Origin: Candidatus Saccharimonadota bacterium
GTDB lineage: Bacteria; Patescibacteriota; Gracilibacteria; BD1-5; UBA6164
Length of the DNA stretch: 32,000 nt
Reading direction: 5' to 3'
Assembly (NCBI GenBank): GCA_965229705.1
Contig: OZ245922.1
Span: 360,001 to 392,000 of the forward strand
In this document: positions 1-10,890 of the stretch, piece after piece
Layout: each line of letters opens with the position of its first letter
Numbering within the stretch: position 1 is the stretch's first letter
Notes under the pieces: model-generated
Database searches by the model: none
Told to the model about the DNA's origin: nothing
What the model saw: only the letters and a program-made list of their open reading frames with translations
Translations under genes and position numbers: made by a program

Positions 1-1491
1 TCAGTGATTATCCAAACAGGTTGCGATAACTACTGTACATTTTGTATTGTTCCATACACGCGGTGAGGGGAAATATCTCGTCCAGAAGATGATATAATAA
101 ATGAGTGTCAAGATGCCGTCTCCAATGGAGCAAAAGAGATCACGCTTCTCGGGCAAAATGTCAATTCCTATGGGAAACAAAAAAATAGCAAACTTTGGAA
201 TAGTGAAAAATCGAGATGGAATACTGCTCAAAAAACTCTTAAAATAGGAGTCGATCTTGATGATACTCTCTTTGTTGTACTCAGTGAAGAAGTCATACAA
301 AGCTATAATGCCAAGTATCATAAGATTCTCGAGCTCGATGATGTGCGAACATTTAACTGCAATGGTATACCAGAGCTTATGCAGGAATATCACAACTATG
401 AACAGAGACACCGATGAGATATGTCTCTCCATGAGAATGGAAAAAAGGTATTGCAAAAATTATACGCTGCAGGACACAAAATATATGTGATCACCTCAAG
501 ACCAGCAAAAGAGAGAAAGACTACAGAAGCACTTTTGGAAAAATATTTTTGAAAATGATTTTTTTCTCAGATATGTTTTGTCAGTGAGCTTGGGCATGAT
601 AACAAGTATGAGATTGCCAATACTCTCCAGCTCGATGTGGTTATCGATGATGGACCACATCATATCCGTGCCTATCAAAAAAACTTTTCAGGAAAAATAT
701 GTATATTTACTCAACCATGGAACAAGACTATCTCAGAAGATGGGCAAAAAACCTATAGAGTCAACTGCTGGAATGAGTTTGCTGAAAGGATAGAGAGTTT
801 TCAGTTTTATTCGCCTTTTCGATCTCTCTTAGAAAAAATAGATACTCTACAAGGTCTTGATCGTATACGATTTACTTCCAGCAATCCACATGACATGACG
901 AGAGATATTTTGGATGCTCATAGTGAGCTCTCAAAAACCTGCAATTATCTCCACTTTGCTCTCCAGTCATGAAACAATAAAATGCTCAAAAAAATGAATA
1001 GGCGTCATAGTTATGAAGATTTTCGTGATATGGTAACGTATCTGCGAAAAAAAGATCCTCTCTTTTCTATTTCTACAGATATTATTGTATGATTTAGTGG
1101 AGAAACTGATGAAATGTTTGAGGATACTGTTCGCGCGTTTCGAGAGTGCATGTTTGACTTCTGTTATACAGCGAGGTACTCTGTGAGACCCAATACCCTT
1201 GCAGCAAAAGTTATGCCAGATAATGTTCCTGAGAGTGTCAAAGCTGAGAGGTGGCATATACTCAATGATCTTTTGTTAGAAAATATTTCTCAGAGAAACG
1301 AGCTCATGCTTGGAAGAGTAGAGAAAGTACTGATATCATGAAAAAAAGATGCCGTATTTTTTGGGAGAACACGTAACTTTAAAGAAGTTTTTTTCGAAGC
1401 TCCAGAGAGCTGTAATATCTGAGATTTGGTAGACATAAAAATAACCGATCGTGATAGATATGTACTCAAGGGAAAGTATACAAATACATAA
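1..1491 (+). CDS. miaB: tRNA methylthiotransferase MiaB (radical SAM), 5' end outside window, with a large in-frame insertion
   Basis: Frame +1 is open from base 1 to TAA 1489-1491 when TGA=Gly (8 in-frame TGA). Radical-SAM CDNYCTFC at 22-45. PYTR-G has its Gly encoded by TGA 64-66. Also [35 protein letters not shown] and a C-terminal TRAM-like segment (GRTRNFKEV...DIKITD). Confidence 0.85.
181..804 (+). other. HAD-superfamily (5'-nucleotidase/NT5C-like) domain nested in frame inside miaB
   Basis: About 200 extra residues lie between the MiaB motifs [11 protein letters not shown] and [12 protein letters not shown] motif I is IGVDLDDTL (from 241), motif II is VITSR, motif IV is VVIDDGPHH, followed by FTQPWN. 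No TAA/TAG occurs across either junction. Confidence 0.7.
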
Positions 1492-1497
1492 AATGCT

Positions 1498-1797
1498 ATG
1501 CAAATACCAAAGGAAAAATTTCAAGATCTTCTCCGTTCATGAGAATATATACTCCTGGATGTTCGTACGTTTCATGAGCAGGAAACCCATGGAGTGATAT
1601 CACAAGAACAAATACATATAGATATTATGGAAACTGATGCTTCGGAAAAAATCAAAAATCTTGACCATCAAAAAAAATACCTCATCTATTGCTGGCATGG
1701 CAGGAGAAGTGCGACAACAAGAGAATATATGCAGGCTCATGGTTTTAAGAATGTGTATGATCTCCAGTGAGGAATAGATGCTTGGAAAGAGCTTTAA
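1498..1797 (+). CDS. single-domain rhodanese (sulfurtransferase-like) protein, 99 aa
   Basis: ATG 1498 to TAA 1795-1797, with 2 in-frame TGA. Active-site loop CWHGRRS and C-terminal LQGGIDAW. Starts 7 nt after the miaB stop. Confidence 0.8.
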
Positions 1798-1851
1798 AAA
1801 AATTCTGAGAAAGGCATTTTTATTTTTCGAGACCGGTCTCGAGTTCATTAT

Positions 1852-1857
1852 TTTAAG
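1852..1857. repeat. left copy of 6-bp target-site duplication TTTAAG
   Basis: TTTAAG lies immediately outside the TGT terminus of the IS. An identical hexamer lies at 2754-2759. Confidence 0.75.
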
Positions 1858-2753
1858 TGTAAGAAACTCTAGGGTTGTTTACACTTTTGGATAATCTGTA
1901 CAGCAGAATATTTTAGAAGTTAAACATAAAGGAAATGAATATACATAAACGAACAAGGCTCACTGAAATGCAAAGAAAAGATATATGGGAGAAATATAAA
2001 AATGGTACAAGGGTGAGTAGCCTCTCAGAAATATATCTCACTTCCCGAGTCACGATATACAAAGTACTTTCTCGAGCTCGCAGACAAGAATTTAGACCAA
2101 GAAATTCTACAAATCATAAATACAGAACTCTTGAATGGTGACTCAAAAGATTGTGAAAGATAGAAAGAAAGATAGTTGAGAAGAAAAATAGAGAGGCTCA
2201 GAGATACAATAAAACATATCCTGGAGAAATGCTTCATGTAGATACTAAAAGACTTCCTCCAATAGTTTGAGATGTAGATAAAACACCAGAATACTTATTT
2301 GTAGGAGTAGATGACTATAGCAGAGAGGCATATGTATCAATACACAAAGATAAGAGTCAGTATTCTTCATCTATGTTTCTCAAACAAATACTTGATGAAT
2401 GCCCCTATGTGATTGAGAAGGTATATTCAGATAACGGAAAAGAATACAAATGAAGTAGTGAACATGAATTTGTGAAAGTTTGCGAAGAGCATGGAATTAC
2501 TCAGGGATTCACACGAGTAAAAAGACCACAAACAAATGGTAAAGCTGAGAGATTTATACGAACTGTAATGGAGATGTGGCATAAAAAATACCAATTTACT
2601 ACCCGTAAAGAAAGGAGAATATCTTTAAAAAGATTTGTAAATTGGTATAATACGGTTAAGCCTCATAAAGGTATTGAAAACATGACACCTTATGAACTTA
2701 TTGAACAATTTTATTATCCTGAAAAAGTGTAAATAACGCTCTAAGATTTAACA
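1858..2753 (+). mobile_element. IS481-family insertion sequence (896 bp), apparently intact
   Basis: Termini are TGT...ACA. Imperfect terminal inverted repeats of about 31 bp: left TGTAAGAAACTCTAGGGTTGTTTACACTTTT versus the reverse complement of the right end TGTTAAATCTTAGAGCGTTATTTACACTTTT. Perfect 6-bp direct repeats flank the unit, and it carries a single DDE transposase ORF. Confidence 0.8.
1935..2732 (+). CDS. IS481-family DDE transposase (rve integrase core), 265 aa
   Basis: ATG 1935 to TAA 2730-2732, with 4 in-frame TGA read as Gly. N-terminal HTH-like region. Catalytic-triad contexts are HVDTK, YSDNGKEY and TNGKAER. Confidence 0.85.
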
Positions 2754-2759
2754 TTTAAG
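2754..2759. repeat. right copy of 6-bp target-site duplication TTTAAG
   Basis: Identical to 1852-1857 and directly abuts the ACA terminus of the IS. Confidence 0.75.
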
Positions 2760-2771
2760 GACTCCGGTCTC

Positions 2772-3962
2772 TTAGGAAATTTTTTTCATCCGCAGTTTAA
2801 AAATCTCTCTTCAAACTATTTGCTGAGGTCTCTTATACAGGAGGCTCCCTGATCGAGTATGACGAAGTGTATCATGCTGAGGAAGCAGTGGAAGAATCTT
2901 ACAGCGCTCTTCAATGATATCGTATATTTCGGAGAAATAGTGGTATTTTCCTCGTATTTCCCAAAAAGGAAAAGATATCACTATGACTCATGAGTAGTTT
3001 GCTTTTTGTAATCCATAAAAAAACTTTGCATATATATCTGAGAGTTCTTTTTTTTCTTCTTGGAGTTTCTTTTCTGTTACACAGTATTTGTGAAATATCT
3101 TTCCAAGATATCATTCTGTTACGAGAATATCTGATTTTTTGAGAAAGGGTGAGCTGGAAATTCATCGCGCATCCAAAACACCTAGCATAGAAGTCTTAAG
3201 GGAAGTATCAAAATTTTTTCTGATAAAATTTATATTTTGCTGAGACTTTTTGGTATTCTCTGGAGAAATATCACTCCCATATACCTCTGTGTTTCACATA
3301 AGAGCAGACTCTATGAGAATAGTTCCTAGTCCACAAAATGGATCATATATACGAACCTCTTTTCTGTCACTTTGAGCAATATTTACCATGATCTGTGCAA
3401 GTTTTGGAGGGAGCATACCTACTTGCATATCACGAGTTTTCCCATAATCCCTCTTTGAGTAGGCATCTATATCTTGTACCCAGAGTGTTTTTCAAAAATA
3501 CTGAGCATCATCAGACTCAATAATACTATAGTCTGTTTGCCTTTCTATGAGTTGCTCTGAGAGGATTTGGGCACTATTGAGGTTTTGGAAATTTTTATTC
3601 ACAAAACGAGCAGATATACCTTTTTTTTGGAGAAATCTTTTTGTATCTTGTAAAATTTCTTTGAGTCCTGTCTCTGTTCATATGAAGGAAATACCATAAC
3701 GAAATTTTCACTCACATGACTCAGCAAAGGGGATAATGCTGTGAGCTGCTTGTCATCGATACCCAGGAATGAGCTCAATGAGTTTTATGATTCCTCACAT
3801 ATTTTTTACTCCTTGTAAAAGCTTTTCACGAAAATTTTCCTCAGAAGAAGGATGTATGATACAAATATCTCTATCAACATACTCTATATCAAGAGTAGGG
3901 AATAGCGAATGTATCTCTGCTAGAGAGAGTTTAAACTCTCTTCATAGTTGGAATGCAAACAT
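2772..3962 (-). CDS. class I SAM-dependent RNA methyltransferase (Trm11/UPF0020-like), 396 aa
   Basis: ATG (rc of 3960-3962) to TAA (rc of 2772-2774); 1191 nt open with TGA=Gly. Motifs: GMLPPKLAQIMVNIA, SAM-binding IYDPFCGLGTILIESA, VYGSDIS, and LVTEGYLG in the place of the DPPY-type motif IV. The standard-code ORF 2911-3165 is in a different frame and looks spurious. Confidence 0.7.
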
Positions 3963-4079
3963 AATAGAGCTCGTTTTAAAAATATAATGTTCGGATTTTA
4001 TATTGAGTAAAAATTGTTTTTTTTTAATTCATATTATACTAAAACACGTAGTAAACATTAAAAATTTTTTAAAAAAATC

Positions 4080-5132
4080 ATGTGAAACATTATTTCTTTT
4101 TTTAATCATAAAGGTTGAGTTTGAAAAACAACTCTTGTTCACAACTTAGCTTTTGCACTTGCAGATAATGGAATGAAGGTTTTACTCATAGATGCTGATC
4201 CTCAAATGAATCTTACATCTGCCATGTATGGTCTCTCAACAAGCATAGAATACTCAACTGATATACATTCTTTATGGAGTAAAAATATACAAAGATATAT
4301 ATCTATTTCTGAGCATCTACGTGAATATCTTGAAGATATTTCATGTCATAAAGAAAAATTTACGCAAAAAAGTAAAAATCTAAATGGAAAAATAGATCTC
4401 ATATCAGGAGATATAAATCTTACAAATATTGAAGCTGATTTGTATGGTATTATTAAGAATAGAAACAACTTTACTCAAGATATTCCATACAAGTTTGAAA
4501 AATCTATAACAGATTTTCGAGCAGACTATGACTTTATTTTGATAGATACTTCTCCTAGTGCAAGCAGTATTATAAATGCCTTACTGGTAATATCTAGTGA
4601 TTATTTTATTGCTCCTGTAGCTCCAAGTTTCTTTTCTTTACAAGCTATTGATAATCTTTCTACTATTTTTCAAAATTGGATACAACTTTTACAAGAATAC
4701 AGAACCACTCAATGATTTAGAAAAGGTCTTTCTTTTGATGTAAAATTTTTATGACTTGTTGTTCAACTTGCAAAAAGATTTAAGGGATATTCCTCCGCAA
4801 CTAATGCTTGGGTAAAAGATGTGAATGAAAGTGCAAAAAAATTTCAAAACTATGCTGCAACTATTGATAAATCAATTACGCACCAAGAGTTTATACAAAT
4901 ATTTTGAAATGAAAGTTCACCATTTATCATAGAAAAATGTTGTGATTTTACACCCAAGTTAAGAAGTATTGCTGAGAAAGAGGGAGTTCCCGTGATTTAT
5001 CTCACACAGAGTATATGTACAAAACATGATCCTACCGTGGATGTAACAACAGAAGAAGGTCAATATACAAAATCTCTCTATAGCATCAATACTGCTTATA
5101 GAAAAATAGCACAATCCTTAATGAATCTCTAA
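4080..5132 (+). CDS. ParA/MinD-family P-loop ATPase with C-terminal extension, 350 aa
   Basis: ATG 4080 to TAA 5130-5132, with 6 in-frame TGA. Deviant Walker A NHKGGVGKTT has two glycines encoded by TGA (4116-4118, 4122-4124). Also LLIDADPQMNLT and ILIDTSPS (Walker B-like). Confidence 0.8.
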
Positions 5133-5141
5133 ATCTTCAAT

Positions 5142-6074
5142 CTATCAGGGTAACTCTATACTATAAGGAAAAATCATTTTCTCTTCTTTTGTGATGATTT
5201 CTTTTACAAGGTTTCCGCCATGATTTTTAAGATATTTTAGGGTTTCTTGAACCAGTGAATCTGGAACACTCGCACCAGAAGAGACTCATAATGACTGTAT
5301 GTTTTCTAAAAATCATTTTGGTATTTCTGATGGATGATCAATCAAAAGAGAAGGAATTCACTTCTTTTTTCAGATATCTCTGAGTTTTTGAGAGTTGCTA
5401 GAGTTTTGTGATCATACGATGATAAGAGCATCTATATCTTGCGTTATGGTTTTTACTGCTTCTTGCCTATTTGTTGTCGCGTAGCAGATATCCGTAAAAC
5501 TTGGCAGCTGTATATCTGGATAGAGCTGTTGAACATATTCTATAAGATCCTTGGTATCATCAACGCTCAGAGTTGTCTGGTTGAGAAGCGCGAGTTTTTG
5601 TCATGGGGAGAAGCGGAGCTCCTTAGCATCCTGTTTATTACCAACAACATATATATTTTTGAGATCGTTATCTTGTACTCACAGGGCTTCTTGATGGTTC
5701 TTTTTTCAGATATATATGACTTTGTATCACTCTGAGATAAATTTTTTTGCTTCATTGTGAACTTTTATCACTAAAGGACAGCTGGCATCAAGAGTTCTCA
5801 GTCACTTCTCTTGGGCTCTTTTTACAAAACTTGGCGCTACGCCATGAGCAGAGAAAAGTATAATAGAGTTTGGAGGAATATTTTCTATATCATCAGAAAA
5901 GATAACACCTTTTTTCTGAAAATACTCTACAATAAGTTTGTTATGAACAATCTCATGATTTACATAAATAGGCCCTTCGTCTTTATAGGTCTCTACCACA
6001 TCATCCAGCATTCCTATAGCTCTTTCTACTCAGGCGCAGTATCATCGGGGTGAGGCAAGGTATATATCAAACAT
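5142..6074 (-). CDS. ispH: 4-hydroxy-3-methylbut-2-enyl diphosphate reductase, 310 aa
   Basis: N-terminus MFDIYLASPRGYCAGVERAI, with both Gly as TGA (rc of 6042-6044 and 6030-6032). Also SAHGVAP, DASCPLV, LNQTT, CYATTNRQ and VGSQNSSNS. Stop is TAG (rc of 5142-5144). Confidence 0.9.
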
Positions 6075-6427
6075 TATTTTTTACTGCGAGCATTAAGAAT
6101 ATTGACACAAATTTTTCGAAGTTCTGAAATGTACATGTAAGACCTAAGATATATATATCCATCTAATATTTTTTGGCATTTTCTCAAGACTTGTTTTACT
6201 CAGGCAGTAGTTGATTCAGAGAGATAGTATTCATACTCACTAAGAAAGTTTGTATCATCTGATCAAACTTCTTCAGTGATACTGAGTGCCCGAAGAACAA
6301 TCTTGTGAAAATCATTTTTTTCATCAGGGATTTTCTTTGTATCTTTTTTTCCTCACTGAATAACTCTCAACTGTGGGGGAGATTGTAGAGCCCTGTGAAA
6401 TTCAGAAAAGAGGATTACTTCTCACAT
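6074..6427 (-). CDS. hypothetical protein, 117 aa
   Basis: Open frame with TGA=Gly from ATG (rc of 6425-6427) to TAA (rc of 6074-6076). The stop overlaps the ispH start as TAATG. It starts 7 nt after the adk stop. No family recognised. Confidence 0.5.
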
Positions 6428-6433
6428 AGTTTT

Positions 6434-7045
6434 TTAGAGTCATAATGCATATACAAGATCACGGTGAACGGTATCAATATCTTGATCAGCGTTGATTTTT
6501 ATAAGTTTTCCTTCTTTCTCATACTCTTTGAGCAAAGGAAGAGCGAGGTCTATATATAACTGGATTCTTTTTTCTATCGCGCTTTCTTCATCATCACTGC
6601 GTTTTATGAGTGTTTCTTCAGAGTTTGGATCTCTCAGAGTTCCTTTAGGAAAAGTCTCTCCTGTTCTTGGATTGTACATGCGGCCGAGAAGTCTCTCTTT
6701 TGCTTTTTTTTCATTGAGTTCAAATACCACTACTGTATAGCCTCAGAGAGACATATCAGCGGTTTGCTTATTTCAAAGATTTCTGACGAATCCATCAAAT
6801 ATAGCATGTTCACGATCAAGCTTATTTTTGAGTATATCAAGCATGATTTCCTCTATTATTGAGGGAGAAACATGATTTCCCTCTTCAATAGTAGCTTTGA
6901 CACTTTGTCATAGCTGGCTATCCTCTATTGCAATATTCCTGAGTGCTACTCAAGACTCAAAAAGACGAAAATTATATCTCTGCTCCAAGAGTCGTGCTTG
7001 TGTTCATTTCCCTGATCACTGTATGCCTATAAAAACATAATTCAT
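6434..7045 (-). CDS. adk: adenylate kinase, 203 aa
   Basis: MNYVFIGIQGSGKGTQA P-loop, with two Gly encoded by TGA (rc of 7016-7018 and 7004-7006). Also DGFVRN and RSDDEE. The standard-code ORF ends at TGA 6440-6442; the true stop is TAA (rc of 6434-6436). Confidence 0.9.
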
Positions 7046-7167
7046 ATAACAAAACTCACAAAAAAAATAATCCCCCAAAGTATAGGGAATTATCTTCTTT
7101 TTCAAGAAAAACATTTATTCTTTCTGCCACTTTGTGATATTTTTTCAATCGAAAGGAAAAAATAAAT

Positions 7168-7506
7168 GTATTGAGAGTAATAAGCCGGATTCTGTACTTC
7201 GATATCAATCTATCTGGGACTCATATTGCTATGAGCCTCTAGCTGAGTATTCTGTTTCTAGCCAATAGAGAACAATGAGCTATCACAGAACCATTCCCAT
7301 TGCATCACCAGGGGTTTACCATCCTCTTCAAAGTTTGGAGAGGACCATCAAAATGGCGTTTCACATTACTCGTCTCTGCGGCACTTTCCGTATTTTGAGT
7401 TTATGTATTCTCCTCAAAACCAAAGCCGTTAGCTTTCTGGTTGTTCTCGTGATGTCCGGACTTTCCTCATCTCGTAAAACGAGACGTAGATATCTGCTCT
7501 CAATGA
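7168..7506 (-). ncRNA. rnpB: RNase P RNA (bacterial type A-like)
   Basis: On the minus strand: GAGGAAAGTCCGGAC (rc of 7454-7468) and ACAGAATCCGGCTTA (rc of 7181-7195). P1-like pairing between TTGAGAG near the 5' end (about 7497-7504) and CTCTCAA near the 3' end (about 7170-7178). Locally higher GC than the flanks. End coordinates are approximate. Confidence 0.85.
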
Positions 7507-7571
7507 GAAAGATTATATGACTAAAAAATGAAATTCAATAAGAATTCTTGTTACAATTGCAGCAATTAGGT

Positions 7572-9140
7572 TTACTTTTCGACAATAACCTTCTCAAACA
7601 TATTGAGTATTTTTTGGAGACATTTCCATTTACGATTCACTTGGTCAATAATCTGAAAATGTTCTATATCAATGAACCAATACTTCTTTTTAATATAGAG
7701 ATAATACTCCGACGGAGAAAATACAAAGTTCTCATCATCCAGCCTATGAGAAAGATAATAGTAAATAAGATCTGATATAAAAATAGGGAAGACAATATCC
7801 TCTTTTTTTTCAAATTGTGAATATATAGCACTAATATTTTCTACATCATGGAATCATACCTTTCCAAGAAATAGTTTATAAAAACTCCCTCCTGAAGAAA
7901 TATACTCACACATTCATGACAAACCCCGAAAATAGACTACATCCTTGTGCTGAACTCATATGTGATCAAAACTATAGTTTCGCTTTGCGCGAATAAGAGA
8001 CACCCTATAGTTCCTCTTGCACTGATACTCTTTTCCCATCACTCTCATAAACTCCTCCAGTTGGTCTCCAGATAAACACTCACCAGCCATGATAATAAAA
8101 AAATACTCTACAATATTATCAATATCTTCGTGAGAATGTCAGGAAAATATTTTCTCCATAAACATCGCAAGTCACTCTTCTTTTGGAAGATTTTTTGCTC
8201 CACGAAAATTTCATAAAAGTATTTTTCCATTATAAGAGTTAATATAGTGTGACTCTATCTCATGGGTAAGAAGCTTGAGAAGCCTTTCAAGAGAAAAAAC
8301 ACTGTGAGCATCATTGCGGGGAATTTCTAAAAAATGGTCTCCATCATAAATAGATCAAGCATTTGTGATTTTTGTTCTTTGAGGCAGATTATACAGCTCA
8401 CAAACACTATCAAATATCTTTCTATAGTCTTTTCTCTCTATAGGGGCTTTCATAAAAGATGCTTTCAAGGAAAAATTTTTCGTTTTTGGAGAGTCTTGCA
8501 CCGTAAAGTTTTTGTGAGACTGTATGACGTGCAAACACTCTCTCATAACCTTTTGATCACTCATAGAAAGTCTCTTCTTTTTTGTCTCGTGATTTCGAAT
8601 GACAAAGTTGTAACAATACGCAAACTCTTCAGGAATATCTGTTACCTTTGGACCAAAAAGTATTTCTTCTTTCTCTTCGATTTCACGAATTCTCTTAGGT
8701 ATTTGATTTTTCTTGAGTTTCAGGGGAACCCCAGCCTTTTCTAACTCAAAGGGGAGTCATAAAAGAGAAAGTTCCAAGACATGCTGTACATATACCAGAG
8801 CATCTCAGAGCATTCATCTTCGAAGAGAGGTATTTCGAGAATATACGGTTATTTTTTGAAGTTTTTTATTCACCCGCTCTATACACTTAATTTGAGTGCG
8901 TATTTTGTATTCATATGTCTTTCATAAAGTGTCTATATGAAAATCTCAAGATGACGCTCATACATATTCTTCAAATAAGGTTTCATTGAATAGGTTTGTA
9001 TCGTTAAATTCCCTATAACTATAGGTGACTTCTATAATCTTTTCAAGACTTCCATGAAAAATATACTTTTGACAAAGAGAAATAATATCTTCAAGACTCT
9101 TTGCAAAAAATAACTGTATATAAAATTTTATAGATCACAT
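7572..9140 (-). CDS. DUF1704 / QEGLA-motif family protein (putative metallo-carboxypeptidase-like), 522 aa
   Basis: 1569 nt open with TGA=Gly. HExxH-type THEIESH is followed about 25 residues later by EEGLAMF, matching the HE(I/V)GTH ... QEGLA pattern of this family. Stop is TAA (rc of 7572-7574). Confidence 0.6.
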
Positions 9141-9417
9141 ATTACTTTATTATCACAAAGAAAATAACACATATTATGAGAACTCCATACACAAAGAATA
9201 AGAGCTGATTATTTTTTAACATCTCTCAAAAAATAAAAAATATTTTTTTATAAAAATAGAGTAAACATTTATTGAAGCAATGCAAAAATATATATGTATA
9301 AAAAATATATACAATAAATAGTGTCAAATGTATTTTTCTCTTTGACCAGACACTCATTTTTTATATATTTCTTTTAAAGATTTTGTACTCCCTAAAACTG
9401 TTACTCTAAAAAAACCT

Positions 9418-10848
9418 ATGGAAAAACACTACCGATTAAAAAATATACTTTCGTCTCTTATCCAAGAACTCAAAAAACAAGACTTTCTCGTCTATTTTCG
9501 AAAGATTTCTATCCTCGAAGTCACTCATACAAAAGTTACTTTCTGAACGGTATCAAGCTTTATGAAAGATAATATTGAGGCAAAATTCCAAGATATTATG
9601 CTCTCAGCGACACAAGCAGAGTTTTGAGAAACGATAACAGAGATAGAGTTTGTTATAGATAACTCTATAGACAATCCTTCAAATATTGATGCCATTAGCT
9701 GACCTACATTTTATAAAGAAAATGAAAAAAGTGCAAAACAAGCAGAGAAAAAATCTCGCAGTAGCGTCACTGCTGGAGCAAAGGTTGCAGCCAGTGTTAA
9801 TGCTCGTTATTCTCTCACAAACTTTATCGTGGGCGCAGATAATCAGTTAGCGTTTTCTGCCTGTGAGGCAGTAGCTCGTAATCCAGGAAAATCTTATAAT
9901 CCTCTCTATATTTATGGTGATGTATGACTCGGAAAAACACACCTACTTCAAGCAACAGGGAACGAAATATTGAAAAAATCAAAAGATAAAAAAGTAGCCT
10001 ATACTACTGCTGATAAATTCATTACGGAATATGTTACCGCTGTAAAAAAGAGAAATGTAGAAAAAATGCGAGAAAAGTTTCGTGATATAGATGTGCTGGT
10101 TATAGATGACGTTCAATTTCTTTCACGAAAAGAACAAACACAAAACGAACTCTACAATATCTTTAATATATTGTATGATAGCAATAAGCAAATTATTATC
10201 TCAGGAGATAGAGCTCCAAAAGAACTTACAGAGCTTGAACCACGCCTTAGAAGTCGCTTTGAATGGGGAATAACAGTAGATGTAGGAAAACCTGATTTTG
10301 AAACTCGACTCGCAATTATTCAAGAAAAAGCCAGAGAAAAAGAATTTATGATTCCTCACGAGGTGGCAGAGTTTATTGCAGCAAACGTGACAGAAAATGT
10401 TCGTGAACTTGAAGGAGTGCTCAATCAAATGATTGCAGAATACGAACTCACGGGAAACACTCCAAGTCTCACGCGTATAGCACAAAAACTTCAAAAACTC
10501 AGCTTTACCAAAGATTTACTCTGAGAGTCAAAAACAGCAGAAAAGAGAACCACCACAACCATCAGAAGTTATGAAGATATTATTGATGCAGTAAGCGCGC
10601 ATTTTGGGATTGAAAAAGAGGGAATACTCTGAGAAAATAGAAAAAAAGAGTTTATGATTCCTCGCCAAGTCGGAATGTATCTTCTCAAAACAAAGATGAA
10701 TTATACTTATGAACGCATCGGAAATATCTTTAATGGAAGAAATCATGCCTCAGTACTCTATAGTTGCAACAAGCTTGATAAACTCCTCAAAAAAGACAAA
10801 ACACTTCTCTACGAGGTAAATGCAATCAAAGATGTGATAGGGATATAA
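9418..10848 (+). CDS. dnaA: chromosomal replication initiator DnaA, 476 aa
   Basis: ATG 9418 to TAA 10846-10848. FIVGADNQLA; Walker A GDVGLGKTHLL (first Gly of GLGKT is TGA); Walker B VLVIDDVQFL; sensor RLRSRFEWGI; C-terminal DNA-binding PRQVGMYLLK...NHASVLYSCNK. Confidence 0.95.
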
Positions 10849-10862
10849 ATACTTGTAAAAAG

Positions 10863-10890
10863 AAAAACTTCAGATTACTCTGAAGTTTTT
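10863..10890. terminator. bidirectional hairpin between convergent dnaA and the rlmCD-like gene
   Basis: Perfect 12-bp inverted repeat AAAAACTTCAGA / TCTGAAGTTTTT with loop TTAC. A/T runs form the stem ends and serve both directions. It overlaps the stop codon of the minus-strand gene. Confidence 0.55.

Noticed and set aside
181-804. Intein or mobile-intron explanation for the MiaB insertion.
   Set aside because: There is no N-terminal Cys/Ser nucleophile context, no C-terminal His-Asn followed by Cys/Ser/Thr, and no homing-endonuclease motifs. The insert instead carries ordered HAD phosphatase motifs.
2772-3962. DNA methyltransferase of a restriction-modification system next to an IS.
   Set aside because: The motif set (LPPKLA...DPFCGLGT...TEGYLG) matches the Trm11/UPF0020-type RNA methylase pattern. 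No endonuclease-like gene is adjacent.
7275-7520. 81-aa plus-strand ORF in the track.
   Set aside because: It lies entirely antisense within the RNase P RNA gene, and its openness is explained by the locally GC-richer structured RNA.
9141-9417. oriC with DnaA boxes upstream of dnaA.
   Set aside because: Only one degenerate box (TTATCACAA at 9150-9158) is visible, with no cluster. Kept as an open question in the findings, not called as a feature.
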